Shown: piece by piece, positions 48,367 to 60,220 of the stretch
Position numbering within the stretch: the stretch's first letter is position 1
Layout of the letters: the number at the start of each line of letters is the position of its first letter
From: Tubulanus polymorphus
Taxonomy: Eukaryota; Animalia; Nemertea
Reading direction: 5' to 3'
NCBI RefSeq assembly: GCF_964204645.1
Contig: NC_134036.1
Coordinates: 2,542,001 to 2,606,000 of the forward strand
DNA: 64,000 nt
Notes under the pieces: model-generated
Told to the model about the DNA's origin: nothing
Seen by the model: the letters and a program-made list of their open reading frames with translations, nothing else
Databases searched by the model: none
Made by a program: the position numbers and the translations under genes

Positions 48367-50985
48367 AAAAACTATCTCTTGCCAAACTGAAGCTGCAAGA
48401 AATTAACAACTGATTAATGTGGTGTCCACGAATGGCATTCTCATAAAATTTGAGTTAGATTTAGCAAATCATTGCTCCCCTCTAAAGAAAGTTAGATTTT
48501 TATGTAGTAGTAATAGACGTTAACTGATGATAGTCTAAATTATAATCCCATGGTCGAAGTGGCTTGCTCTTAAATTATTTTATACACGATGGATGTAAAC
48601 TTGTAAGAATACCGAACATATAACTACAATAACATTATGAATTACATTCCGAACGTGAACTTTGAGGTGTACATCTTTAGTAAGTCTGAATAGTCGTTGG
48701 GTACGGGTTCCGTACTACGTTGTTTGTGGAACGACGGCTAGGTACTAGACTTACATTTTTAGTAATAATCGGCATTTAGTTGCTGACGCTCGTGGCCGAA
48801 CGCGCCTGCTTGCATACGAAATTTTCAAACATTTTCTGACCCAGACCCCCTCTATTCCTGTGGGAAATGTTCCGTCCGTAGATCCATAAAATTTGAATCG
48901 ACACTTTCTTTACTATGATATTGCTATTTTCCGTTTTATTTTGCTTTCTATCTATAGTTTTGACTAGTTCTGATCCCTTTTGACCATTTAAAGATCGAAT
49001 GACGTAATTTTATATAATTCTATAGATATTCTAGTTCTGGCGACAGGATGTCTGTGATATTTTTACTATCACTGCAAATTTTTACGGGAGACTTCATTCC
49101 TAGACTATAAATATCTGTGTTGCCTGATAATACGTATTTTTTGTTTTACTTTAAAGGTTAACTTTTCATTACTTCTTATCAATTCCTAAAAACGAACTCC
49201 CCAAAAAATCCTGGTGACGCCAATGGCCAAACCTTGGAGTTCATTCTACGTAAATTCGAAAACTAATTCTAATTCTAGTCTAATTTTATTGAACACCTGT
49301 TGTGGGGTAGATATCGTAAGCTTTTGTTGCTTTATTTCTTACTCCGAGGTTATTTATACGATGCATTGTCGCCCCGGGTTGTTGCGCGCCGCTCCATGCG
49401 GACTTAAGAAACTAGATTATACGTCCTCCATTATCCTACCGAGTTTATGATACTTGCATATAGTAGGATGAATAAATCATGAACATTAATCATTGTGCGC
49501 CAGCTTGTCTCGATCTGAACTGTTCAAACCGCATTGCGCCCCAGACGCCACTGGAGCAACAGGGTCTGTTCCATCGTCTCGTGAACCAGGCTGCCATCAA
49601 CTCGAAAAGATACTTAGGTGAACCTGTTGATCATGAATATCCCGACCGCATGGTGCTGTTTCTGCTGCCGCCGCTGGTACCGCCGATGATGTCGAGCTCT
49701 GCGTAAAACGGGACGTCGTTGAAGATGGAAAACTCGAGACCGGACAGGTCCTAGTGTCAGTGTCGTGTCATCGAATAGAATACAGTTCTTCTTGTGTAAG
49801 TAAATTTTTTCCTTTTTCTCGGTCACTTTAACATTTATTTTATGACAAATTCATTTTGAAAAGAAAGTTTGAAAATAAGAATGAGGTTTTTGAATTTCTT
49901 GAATGATGCCGTTGAAAATACTTATTTCGATCAAAGCACAGTTTTATTAATGTTGGCTTCATTCTTTTTAAATGTCGACCTAAAATGTTAGCATAGATGA
50001 ATATTGTGAATTGTCATTATTTTTGAGGGGATTGGCGGCGATATCTTTTAAGCATGTCTTTAGTTTTGAAAGGTTTTTTAAACATTATTGTCGGAATAGA
50101 AAATAATAACTGGGTGGTTAAAATGAAGGGGTGAGGCGGGTTATTAATGGCTGCTACATTTTCAATGAGTTAACTCAGGAGTCAAATCTTAACTCGGAAC
50201 TAAATGCTAAATGGCAACGTCGTATTGAGTTCTTGTGTAGTTTTTGAATGTCATTGTAGACGGCACTACCGCATACAGTTGTCATGTTTTCCAGTTTCTA
50301 GATCATGATGTTTTGAATACCTTTTATCAAAGGTTCATAAAACTTGTCCTTTTCATTTACTTTTACTGATAATGATGAATTGTGATTGAGTTTTTGATAT
50401 GCCAGGTTTTTTTGTTAAACACAATGATATTGATACAAAGGTCGCAATTCAGCATTTATAGTTGCAAGTGTCCCATCTGGCAAAATAATAGATTATAATT
50501 TTTAATAACCTACTATGACATGCGTCTTTCTATTTGCATTTTATTGATGTTTCCCTTTTTAATTCAATGATTCAGGTACCGCACTGATGGAAGCTATCTC
50601 ATCAGAATTTGGCAGAACTTCAGTGTCAATACGGGTACCCTGATATCTGAGTTTTATTGTCACCCGACACATCTAACAGAATGCCAATAAAAGAAGAATA
50701 ACAAAGCTATTGAAATCGGACTCAGCAGTTTAATTCCTGGGGTAAGAGCATAGTCATACAACGTACAAGATCTATCAATTTCATTGTTTTATGAAGCTTT
50801 TTTGTTTACTTTCACTTATAATGAATTGCAATGCAATGTGTTATTTTCACTACTTTACTTATATTGAATTGCGATAAAATGTATATATTTATTATTCAAC
50901 ATCTGATCTGAATTGTTCTTTATGATTTTAACAGGACACAGCTCAGCAGGACGCGGTATTGGTAATCCCACAGAAACAACACCTT

Positions 50986-51330
50986 GGAAGCAGATTACTT
51001 GATGACCCAGCAGCGCGGCCCAGCAGTGAACTGAAGCGGCGCCCTAGAAGCAGATTATAGATGACCCAGCAGCGTGGCCCACCAGTGAACTGAAACGGCG
51101 CCCTAGAAGCAGATTACAATGATGACCCAGCAGCGCGGCCCAGCAGTGAACTGAAGCGGCGCCCTAGAAGCAGATTACTTGATGACCCAGCAGCGCGGCC
51201 CAGCAGTGAACTGAAGCAGCGCCCTAGAAGCAGATTACAATGATGACCTAGCAGAGCGGCCCAGCAGTGAATTGAAACGACGCCCTAGCAGAAGCAATAA
51301 TGACCCAGCAATGGCCAGCAGTGCACTGAA
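50986..51330. repeat. ~60-bp tandem repeat, ~5.5 copies
   Basis: GAAGCAGATTAC..GATGACCCAGCAGCGCGGCCCAGCAGTGAACTGAAGCGGCGCCCTA is repeated. Confidence 0.92.
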
Positions 51331-51813
51331 AGAATAATCAGAAAAACCCTGTCAATATCAAAACGTGCTCGAGTGAAAGTAGGTGATTTGCTTTTTATCA
51401 ATCAACTGCACATAACCGTTAACAGACGAACGTTCTCTACGGAGACCGTAAATAAATCGTTGATCTCCTCGTGACTCTGTTGAAGTGTGTTCTGATACAT
51501 CAACGACACCAGTGACCAACACCAGTCGATGCAGGACGATGAACAAGAAGACCCGGCTTCAGACCCGAAATCTCAAGACGAACATCATGCGCGAAAATTA
51601 AAATCGTAGATTCATTGACTACCTTGTATGTTTTCTTGTATATTTCACACATGCAGCACGCTCTTGGTTCACACTCCTCTAAATCAAGCCACAACCAGAA
51701 GATGATAAGATGGAGATTATCTAAAACCTACTCTACGGCAAGCCTCAGTTTCTACATTTCATTACAAAAGTCGATCTCCACTTTTTTCTCCTGAAGGGTG
51801 TCCACCGTTTTAC

Positions 51814-52405
51814 CAGACTGATTGTATCTGTACTTTCAGTCATCTCTCCTTGCAGACTGATTGTACTGTGCCCTCAGTCATATCCCCTTGCAGACTGATT
51901 GTACTGTACCCTCAGTCATCTCCCCTTGCAGACTGATTGTACTGTACCCTCGGTCATCTCCCCATACAGACTGACTGTACTGTACCCTTAGTCATCTCCC
52001 CTTGCAGACTGATTGTACTGTACCCTCAGTCATCTCCCCTTACAGACTGATTGTGCTGTACCCTCAGTCATCTCCCCTTGCAGACTGACTGTACTGTACC
52101 CTCGGTCATCTCCCCATACAGACTGACTGTACTGTACCCTCGGTCATCTCCCCATACAGACTGACTGTACTGTACCCTCAGTCATCTCCCCTTGCAGACT
52201 GACTGTACTGTACCCTCAGTCATCTCCCCATACAGACTGACTGTACTGTACCCTCAGTCATCTTCCCTTACAGACTGACTGTACTGTACCCTCAGTCATC
52301 TCCCCTTGCAGACTGATTGTACTGTACCCTCAGTCATCCCCCCATACAGACTGACTGTACTGTACCCTCGGTCATCTCCCCATACAGACTGTACTGTACT
52401 GTCCC
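51814..52405. repeat. 38-bp tandem repeat, ~15 copies
   Basis: Unit CAGTCATCTCCCCTTGCAGACTGATTGTACTGTACCCT, with a 38-bp period (51837, 51875 and so on). Confidence 0.95.
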
Positions 52406-52703
52406 TGGCGAGAAAGCCGACCGCAAACGCAGAAACCCGAAAAACGAAGAACAAGATGGAACTCCGGATTTAAATATGATAATACAATACTAGTATTTTA
52501 TCAATTCCCTACCTCACAATTTTGTCTGTCCAATAGCTCTTCCAAAAATAATAATTACATATATCTCTAAAATTCCTCCCGGCTCATCTCCCAGTGTGTG
52601 TCTCCTCTCGATCCAACAGCAACTGTTTCTCCCCGCCTTTCCCAAGAATAATTAACTAAAGCCGTTCTTTCGAAATAATAATGGCCCTGGTATTATCTAC
52701 AAT

Positions 52704-53490
52704 TTATGTGAAGACCAATGACGGTAATATTATATAAATACTATTCTGCTTTTCAAATTTATTAATTTGGTTAATTTCCACGGGGAAATTGATTCCAACC
52801 ATATCGAGTTCATCCTGATATTCGCTATATTTCGTTACCCTGTGCGCATTAGTTGGCATTTCACGCAATGATGCAAGAATGCACCACAGGAGACATTTCT
52901 CATCTTCGTTACGGATATTAATAATTGACTTTGAGGACTGTAATTTTCTAAGGGGTTGGAATAAAGCTCCCCGCACACAAAGGTTGAAATGCACCTATGT
53001 TCAAAATACACGAAGATATCCAATCAAATACCCACCCAGTTCCCTCATTATTGTGTTTTTCTAACAAAGTTAGAATTCTTTGTAGCGCAATGTGAAATTG
53101 GTCGTCGAAATCCTCGATCATTGATAATTCTTGGGTAACACTACAAAAGTGAGCTAATTTTTGATTTACTCCCCCCCCCCTACTTCTTTAATTAGTTGTA
53201 CCGTAAACATTATATACCACTTCAACGCTAATAAACGTTCGTTTACCTTAAGATGAACTATGTCTTTTTTGCTATTTATAAACAAAAAGCAAGTCGTGTT
53301 TCACCTCGACGGTTCTGGGTTTTAGCTTTATCCTCGTAACGACTCCGTCGAGGATTTGTTCTTCGAAAACGACTTGATCACCTCCCCCCTGATCTTGATG
53401 ATATACCATACTTCTTATATCGTCATCCGTTTCGGGATCCCAGTTTTGCGGATCTATCTCCCGCGGATATACATAGTAAACGTTCTTGAT
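52704..53490 (-). pseudogene. Frameshifted N-terminal region of a Polinton/adintovirus-type protein-primed DNA polymerase B
   Basis: The minus strand reads EGTGWVFDWISSCILNIGAFQPLCAGSFIPTP, then after a frameshift RKLQSSKSIINIRNEDEKCLLWCILASL...HRVTKY..ELDMVGINFPVEINQINKFEKQN. This is the motif series I recognise from the N-terminal region of these polymerases. Truncated before the polymerase core. Confidence 0.75.
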
Positions 53491-53759
53491 ATTGAAAAAC
53501 TTGGGTCAGCGAGTGTTTCATAGGTCCATTTTATAATCTCTCCTTCCCGGTTGCGAATTCCTCTCACAACTTTAGCACCGTAATTACTTTCAAACGATTT
53601 AGATTACTCGCCTGATACCAGTAATAATTTATTACCATATTTTCCAGAGCGTACCAAGACCTTCATATATAATCGTTTCATCTTTGTTGAGAATATAACT
53701 TTGAGAATAAAATCTAGCTGCGGATCAGTATCTAACTCCGGAGCAAATGAAGAAAAATT

Positions 53760-54159
53760 TAATGTCTTGAAAATATCCCACTGTTGAACTGAAAGTACGA
53801 TCCCCATCTTTGATCTCTTGAGTTCATCATTATCCGAGAATCGATAAAATTGGCGAATGTCGACCACAATATCATTTTCTCGTTTGATTACAGAAACAAA
53901 TTTATGTCGACCGATGTGCATGCAATAATCTATTTGATTCTCTCCCTTTCGTTCCTTTTTCAATTGCTTCATCGATGTCAGGAGAATTAAACTTTAGATA
54001 TGTGTATTCCAACAGAACAAAAGGAATACCGGTTTTAGTCGGGTATTTTCTATTCTCGTTCGTTAACGTCAAACAAACGAATGTCAATACGTTTCTCTCC
54101 TTTCCAAATTTTTCTACTTGCATACACACGATCGCCTAGCGAACAGCGAATATCTGAAC
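53760..54159 (-). pseudogene. Frameshifted gene with two tandem PC4 (ssDNA-binding) domains
   Basis: Domain 1: LGDRVYASRKIWKGEKRIDIRLF, frameshift, KYPTKTGI..DIDEAI. Domain 2: HIGRHKFVSV..VVDIRQFY..LKRSKMGIVLSVQQW. Preceded by the acceptor-like CTTTTATCTCTTCAG. Confidence 0.75.
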
Positions 54160-55070
54160 CTGAAGAGATAAAAGGGTACATCAATAATGGGAATTGAAAC
54201 ATAGAGAACATTTGGTTGATAAATATTCAAATTAGTTGAAAACCGTACACATTATATACCGCTCCACTCCGTTAAGCGCTAATAAACACTCGTTTACCTT
54301 AAGATGCACTATGTCTTTTATACTGTTTATAAACAAGAGCAAGTCGTGTTTCACCCCGCTGGTTCCGGGTTTTAGCTTTATCCTCGTAACGACTCCGTCG
54401 AGGATTTGTTCTTCGAAAACGACTTGATCACCTCCCCCCTGATCTTGATGATATACCATACTTCTTATATCGTCATCCGTTTCGGGATCCCAGTTTTGCG
54501 GATCTAACTCCTGCGGATATACATAGTAAACGTTCTTGATATCATCATCGCCCCGTTAGTCGAAAAACGGATTGCACCTGTGATTCTCACGAGCCGCTTT
54601 CGAGATGAACTTAGTAATACCTATATTACTAAGTTAAACATATCGAAAGTTTTTATGATTCAAACTTGAAATGCTTTTCGTATACGCGTTCGATCATGTT
54701 TACATATTCAACCTGGTGGTAGTGAAATGAAAACGTTGGAAGACTCTTCTCCTGTTGATATACGCTTTATTTTTATTCTGATTAGGCTGTTCTCCAGTTC
54801 CGGTGTTCTCTCTCGGTCTCTGTTCCCCCTCTCTATCTCTTAGTGATATTGCCCGCAGAATGCGCGAGGAATTCGATGTACCGTTACTGTAAAATTTTCA
54901 TGCACGGCACCCCCATTCGATTCGATCTCGTCGAAACCCGAATCGTCGACGGAATTGTGTGAAAAATCCTCTCTTGTGGTGGTCGATTGGTTTCGACTAT
55001 TGAGATGTCATGGTGGCCTCACGTGAATAGTCGGCGAATATCTGTAAATGTTTACCGATCACAATCGGGC

Positions 55071-55290
55071 GGACCGGATGGCTTAGTCGGTCGGCGACTA
55101 GCGTGTCACCGCTGTGGCCCAGGTTCGAGTCTCGGAGGAGGCGGGTCAGGATGTGGCAATTGATCTCCGGTAAGCGGGCGAGTCGAGAGTGCTGTCCTCC
55201 CTGGAATGAGGTTGCTAATGCGTGAGTCCTACAAAATATCTGGCGTGGGGTAAATTATGTTTAATTCAGTCGTTTCTGGCTGAATTATTT
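55071..55290 (+). mobile_element. tRNA-derived SINE-like element
   Basis: A-box TGGCTTAGTCGG (55079-55090) and B-box GGTTCGAGTC (55122-55131) at tRNA spacing. It forms no cloverleaf and continues into a non-tRNA body. The 3' boundary is approximate. Confidence 0.55.
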
Positions 55291-56482
55291 ATTTATCCCA
55301 CAATGCCGGTCCAGGTTGCGGAGTAATTCCCCCAGGGACCTTCGACTTTTTTACAATATTAGTTTGTTATTTTAAGTTGATTGGTGAGGGTTTGGAAAAT
55401 TTTGTACTTCTGATTTAATTCCTCGGGGAAACTGAAAAAATCCGAGCTAGAATTCCGTAGGTAATGCGGCGATTAGTCTCCGATTAGTACATTCCTCAAG
55501 TGATGGCAAAACTTAAATATTTTTTAAACTTTGCCAGATTTCAGTCAGAGTAGCTCTGCAAGCGGTGATGTCTGGCGAACGTATGTATAAAACTGGCTAA
55601 ATTCGGCTTCAAAGCGACTATCCAATAGAGAATCACTCACTGGAGATCTGACATACGCTCCAATGCACAATAGTGCCGCGTCATTGCACAAACCCTTAAG
55701 GAAAATTCAAACGTTCTGGTGCAACATTCTTAAACAGTCAGATTGAGTTTGTGATATAGTTCAAAAAATAGACAAAATAGGGAGGATGTCTACTCTAAAG
55801 TTTGTTGGATAGCTTAGATAAAATTTCAGCATGAAACTTTAAGCTAAAATCATCGCATTCGATATTTTATCTATAACAATATGTGTCCTCGGTGAATAGT
55901 CGAATTAAACTCGATGACCTGTAAGCCCCATTGAAAATGTTTGCCACGAATTGAATGGTTCTCGAGGATTAGCGTCACGGACTCGGGTCTGCCACAGGAA
56001 TGCGCGATCGAGCCTTCTGATTGATCCATTCCGGTCGCCTCGATGATGCAACGTCGCTGATTGGTCGACGTAGGTATTAATAGCGCAGTTCGAGCCTCCC
56101 GGTGCCAGTCCGAGAACTGATGTTCAGAGATGAAGGTCAACCTATAAGAGCTCTCCAACAAGGCGTGAAGAACGTGTGGCTTCAAGCGGACAACTTAGCG
56201 GCCGATGATGTTAGGACACCGAAAAGAATGCGATGATTGCAGCTGCTGGGACGGAGCAGATACCTGGGAGAACACAGACTGCTGCTGGTGCGATGTCAAT
56301 TTCGAAATACAAGAGTATGGCTAACTAAGAGAGATTGCTGATGAGGCCGATTTGATCAGGTTAGGTATTTACCGCCTTTTTCGTCTTTAACCAGTTCTAG
56401 TTAGAACCGAGTTTGACTTCGGTTTTATGATTGATTGACATTTTGTTTATTTTATCTTTTTTAATTTGACAGCAGCAAGATA

Positions 56483-56880
56483 TTCAAACCTCGAGACTAC
56501 ATCACCATCTTCAAACCTCGAGGCGCAGACTCTTCTCCGACTACAGCACCATCTTCAAACCTCGAGACGCTACTCCACTGACTACAGCACCATCTTCAAA
56601 CCTCGAGACGCAGACTCCACTGACTACAGCACCATCTTCAAACCTCGAGACGCAGACTCCACTCCGACTACAGCACTGTCTTCAACCCCGAGACGCAGAC
56701 TCTACTCCGACTACAGTACCATCTTCAAACCTCGAGACGCAGACTCTACTCTGACTACAGCACCATCTTCAAACCTCGAGACACTGACTCTACTCCGACT
56801 TCAGCACCACCTAGAGACGCAGACTCTACTCCGACCACAGCAACATCTTCAAACCTCGAGACGCAGACTCTACTCCGACT
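56483..56880. repeat. ~39-44-bp tandem repeat, ~9 copies
   Basis: CTACAGCACCATCTTCAAACCTCGAGACGCAGACTCTACTCCGA is repeated and followed immediately by AATAAA at 56881. Confidence 0.9.
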
Positions 56881-57221
56881 AATAAACTTACTTCCTGTCC
56901 GTTTTGCCGCATGTTAGAAACGTAAATAAATAAGCGTAAATTAAATTACTCGACTTTATTGAAATCTCTTTGCCCCGGAAAGGACTCTTCCACTCACTCT
57001 CTTTTGTCTCGGACCCTTTGCTCTGGAAAGGACACTTCCGCTCACAACACTCGCTCAAAGGAAAAGGATGAAGTCAAAAAGGAAGGACAAAAACGCAAAG
57101 AAATACAAATCAACCGACTTTATTTATTCAATTTACAAATTCAAATTAAGAATTTCTTACAGCTTGTTTGCAAAAGTCAAATTCAACATTTTATTGAAAC
57201 TACAACGACCAATAATAAAAT

Positions 57222-57287
57222 TTTGGGATTTGAACCACCAACCTTTCAGCTAGCAGCCCAGCACCCTACCAACTACGCTATAGCGGC
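57222..57287 (-). pseudogene. tRNA-like pseudogene or SINE head
   Basis: Minus strand GCCGCTATAGCGTAGTTGGTAGGGTGCTGGGCTGCTAGCTGAAAGGTTGGTGGTTCAAATCCC: A- and B-boxes are present but the stems are broken. Confidence 0.5.
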
Positions 57288-58012
57288 ACACATGCAGCCA
57301 ACAGGGGAACTCCTATTTGTCCATTGCTTAAGCTAATTTTGGTTAAAAAAAATGGTGCCATCTACCGGGAGAGACAGGAACTTGTTCCTATCTCAACCCG
57401 GTAGATGGCAAGTAATGAAGAACAAGATATAAAGTAGAATTTGACTGGTAGAGAATGCCGGACGTTTTATGCTCACCAGAGCGTGACGATTCGTCTACCG
57501 CTTCAGGAGGAAGGTAGAGGAATTCAGATCGCTGTCTATCAGTTGTTACTCACGCCGAAAGGCATCAGAACGCAATACACCTGTTGACAGCATCGCGCAA
57601 CATAAGAAGACTTCGTCTATCAGAAGGTGGATAGTGTTCGAATGTTCTTTGTGTCGAATATTCGGTGAAAGAGTTCAAAGTTCCGTGTAGAGGCGAACTC
57701 CATGAAATGTCCAAGATATCTATGTTCACGTTGTCTCCGACGTTTCTGAAATTAAAAACAAAAAATTGAAATTAAGATTGAATGCACGGGGTGGGGGGGG
57801 GGGGGTATAATTTGACAAATAAGGACCCAGTTCCACAGTCGTGAGTAACCCAGAGTCAAATCTTAACTCAGAACTGTGGAACTGGACCAAGGACAAAAAG
57901 TTCTTAAATCAACCAGTCAATCTACAGACAGAAATCATTAAACCGAAAATGAAAAGTTCTTTAGACATTTCGGCTATATCCCGCGATATCTCACGAATAT
58001 TTTTCAAACCCC

Positions 58013-59865
58013 TGTTTCGCTCCCGGCAGGTGTGGCGGCAATCAAACCAAATGAAACGAAATCTATCAATCACATAAATAATAGATCCCTTCTTTAAGAT
58101 TAAAAAAAAAATAGATTCCAAAGTTTGAAATGAATGGATACTTCGGTGGTGGATCCGATGCCAGAAACGCCTCGCATGCACAAACATTCAATGTGCTCCT
58201 AAGAAACGACAGGGATAAGTCTAAATTGTTTTTTTCCGAAATTATAGATTGGTTAATTTTGAGTTTGAAAGTAGTAATTAAAACTAGACCCCGTGTGCCG
58301 TTTATTCCAGCAGAAGACAGTCGTTAAACCACAAATTGAAAACTAGAATGCGCCAAGTAATTGCCAAGTAACCCGTGGTGACATCTATCGTTTAGTCGTA
58401 AAACGATCTACCGTTCCGCTGATCGTAGGCTGCCGCGTCAAACGGCACGTCGGTGTTCTCTTAGTCTTAGAATTCCTATTAAGGATTGGAAAGAATTTTC
58501 ACATTTTATCAGTCTGATTCAAGCAGCTGATAACCGGTTTATCGATTTAAAATTCAAGTTTCATGGAAAACACCACGATTTTATACCGACATTCGGTCGT
58601 ACATAAACTAACTTCAGCGCTCCACTCACTTCGTAAAAAGCCTCCACTGGCGTTTTTACACACTACATTCACTTTTTGCCTCCTCCCGCTCTAAGTGTGA
58701 GGAAACAGCATTACGTAAGTAAACAGTAGATCAATAGGTGGTACTTCACAAAATTAATCAACAGTGGAACTGCAAGCAACCAACACAACGAGTCAAACTA
58801 TAAACCCACACGATGTCAGAAACCAGATTTATAACTTGCACAACTGTAGAACCGGATTCAGTGCATTATTAAACCCCACACTTCAGTGGACCTGGGTCCA
58901 CGTTCAAATTAAACCCACACAACTGTGGACCATGTTTCGCTCCTGGCAGGTGTGGCAGGTTTGTAAGGGACAACAATCAAACCAAATCAAAAGAAATCTA
59001 CCAATCACATAAATGATAGATCCCTACTTTATGATAGAAATAAAACTAGATTCCAAAGTTTGAAATGAATGGATACTTCAGTGGTGGATCCGATGCCAGA
59101 AACGCCTCGCATGCAAAAAATTTAACGTGCTCTTGAGAAACGACAGAGAAAAAGTCGAAATTGTTTTTCCGAAACTAAAGATTGGGTAATGTTGAGTTTG
59201 AAAGTAGTAATTAAAACAAGACACCGTGTGCCGTTTATTCCAGCAGAAGACAGTCGTTAAACCACAAATTGACAACTAGAATGCGCCAAGTAATTGCCAA
59301 GTAACCCGTGGTGCCATCTATCGTTTAGTCGTAAAACGATGTACCGTTCAGCTGATCGTAGTCAGCGGCGTTAAACGGCACGCCGGTGCTCTGTTAGTCT
59401 TAGAATTCCTATTAATGATTATTAAGAATTTTCACATTTCATCAGTTTGATTCAAACAGCTGATAACCGGTTTATCGATTTTTAGATTCGATATTAACGG
59501 AAAACACCACGACTTTATACCGACATTCGGTCGTACATAAACTAACTTCAACACTTCAATCTCTTCGTAAAAGGGCCTCCAATGGCGTTTTTTACACAGA
59601 CTATTCAACTTTTTGCCTCCTCGCGCTCTAAGTGTGAGGAAACAGCATTACGTAAATTAACAGTAGATCGATAGGTGGTACGTCACAAAATTGTGTAACA
59701 GTGGAACTGCAAGCAACCAACACAACGAGTCAAACTATAAACCCACACGATATCGGAAACCAAATGTATAACTCGCACAATTGTAGAACCGGATTCAGTG
59801 TAAAATTAAACCCACACTACAGTGGCCAATATAGGTCCAGTAAAATTAAACCACACAACTGCGGA
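58013..59865. repeat. Diverged direct tandem duplication (~920-935-bp unit) upstream of the family-B GPCR
   Basis: TGTTTCGCTCC at 58013 and 58933, AACTAGAATGCGCCAAG at about 58342 and 59274, GTGGAACTGCAAGC at 58764 and 59701. Confidence 0.9.
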
Positions 59866-60158
59866 ACTGGGTCCAGATTCAAATTTATAACCCACACAAC
59901 TGCGGCACTGGACTAAAGAGTCAAATTAAACCCACAAAACTGTGGAACTGGGTCCAGAGTCAAATAAAAACTTATATTATATTAAACAATATTGTGGAAC
60001 TGATTGCATCCAGAGTCAAGTAAAGAGCGCAGAAGACGCTGATTTGAATTGGGTGGAGTTTGAAAGTTAACACGAAAAAGCCATACATTTTCAGCAGTTG
60101 TCACGCGAAGGCGCAGTTAAAACGTGAATTCTCAATTAGTGAAACTAGTTCCAAGTTC

Positions 60159-60191
60159 TATATAAGATTCATCCCCTGCGCATCATCAGTC
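60159..60191 (+). promoter_or_regulatory. TATA box plus Inr core promoter of the family-B GPCR
   Basis: TATATAAG at 60159 and TCAGTC at 60186-60191 (A+1 at 60188, 29 nt from the start of the TATA box), 33 nt before the ATG at 60221. Confidence 0.65.
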
Positions 60192-60220
60192 AAACTCATT
60201 GTCTAATCCGTTTGATAAAG

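Larger units (their letters stand above)
52704..54720 (-). mobile_element. Decayed Polinton/adintovirus-like (endogenous viral) fragment with an internal ~300-bp direct duplication
   Basis: pPolB N-terminus plus the PC4 gene. 53195-53491 is duplicated at 54240-54543. Confidence 0.65.

Noticed and set aside
49630-49750. Minus-strand VPFYAELDIIGG, resembling the end of a Myb/SANT-trihelix domain
   Set aside because: The match is too short, stops follow it, and the rest of the domain is not visible. A translated profile search would be needed.
55915-55955. SPIENVCHEL, resembling the Tc1 transposase SPDLxPIENVW motif
   Set aside because: Only about 10 residues, the invariant Trp is missing, and there are no upstream DDE motifs or TIRs.
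56466-56882. 138-aa Thr/Ser-rich mucin-like ORF
   Set aside because: The frame changes between repeat units, there is no ATG, and it is a chance open frame in a tandem array.
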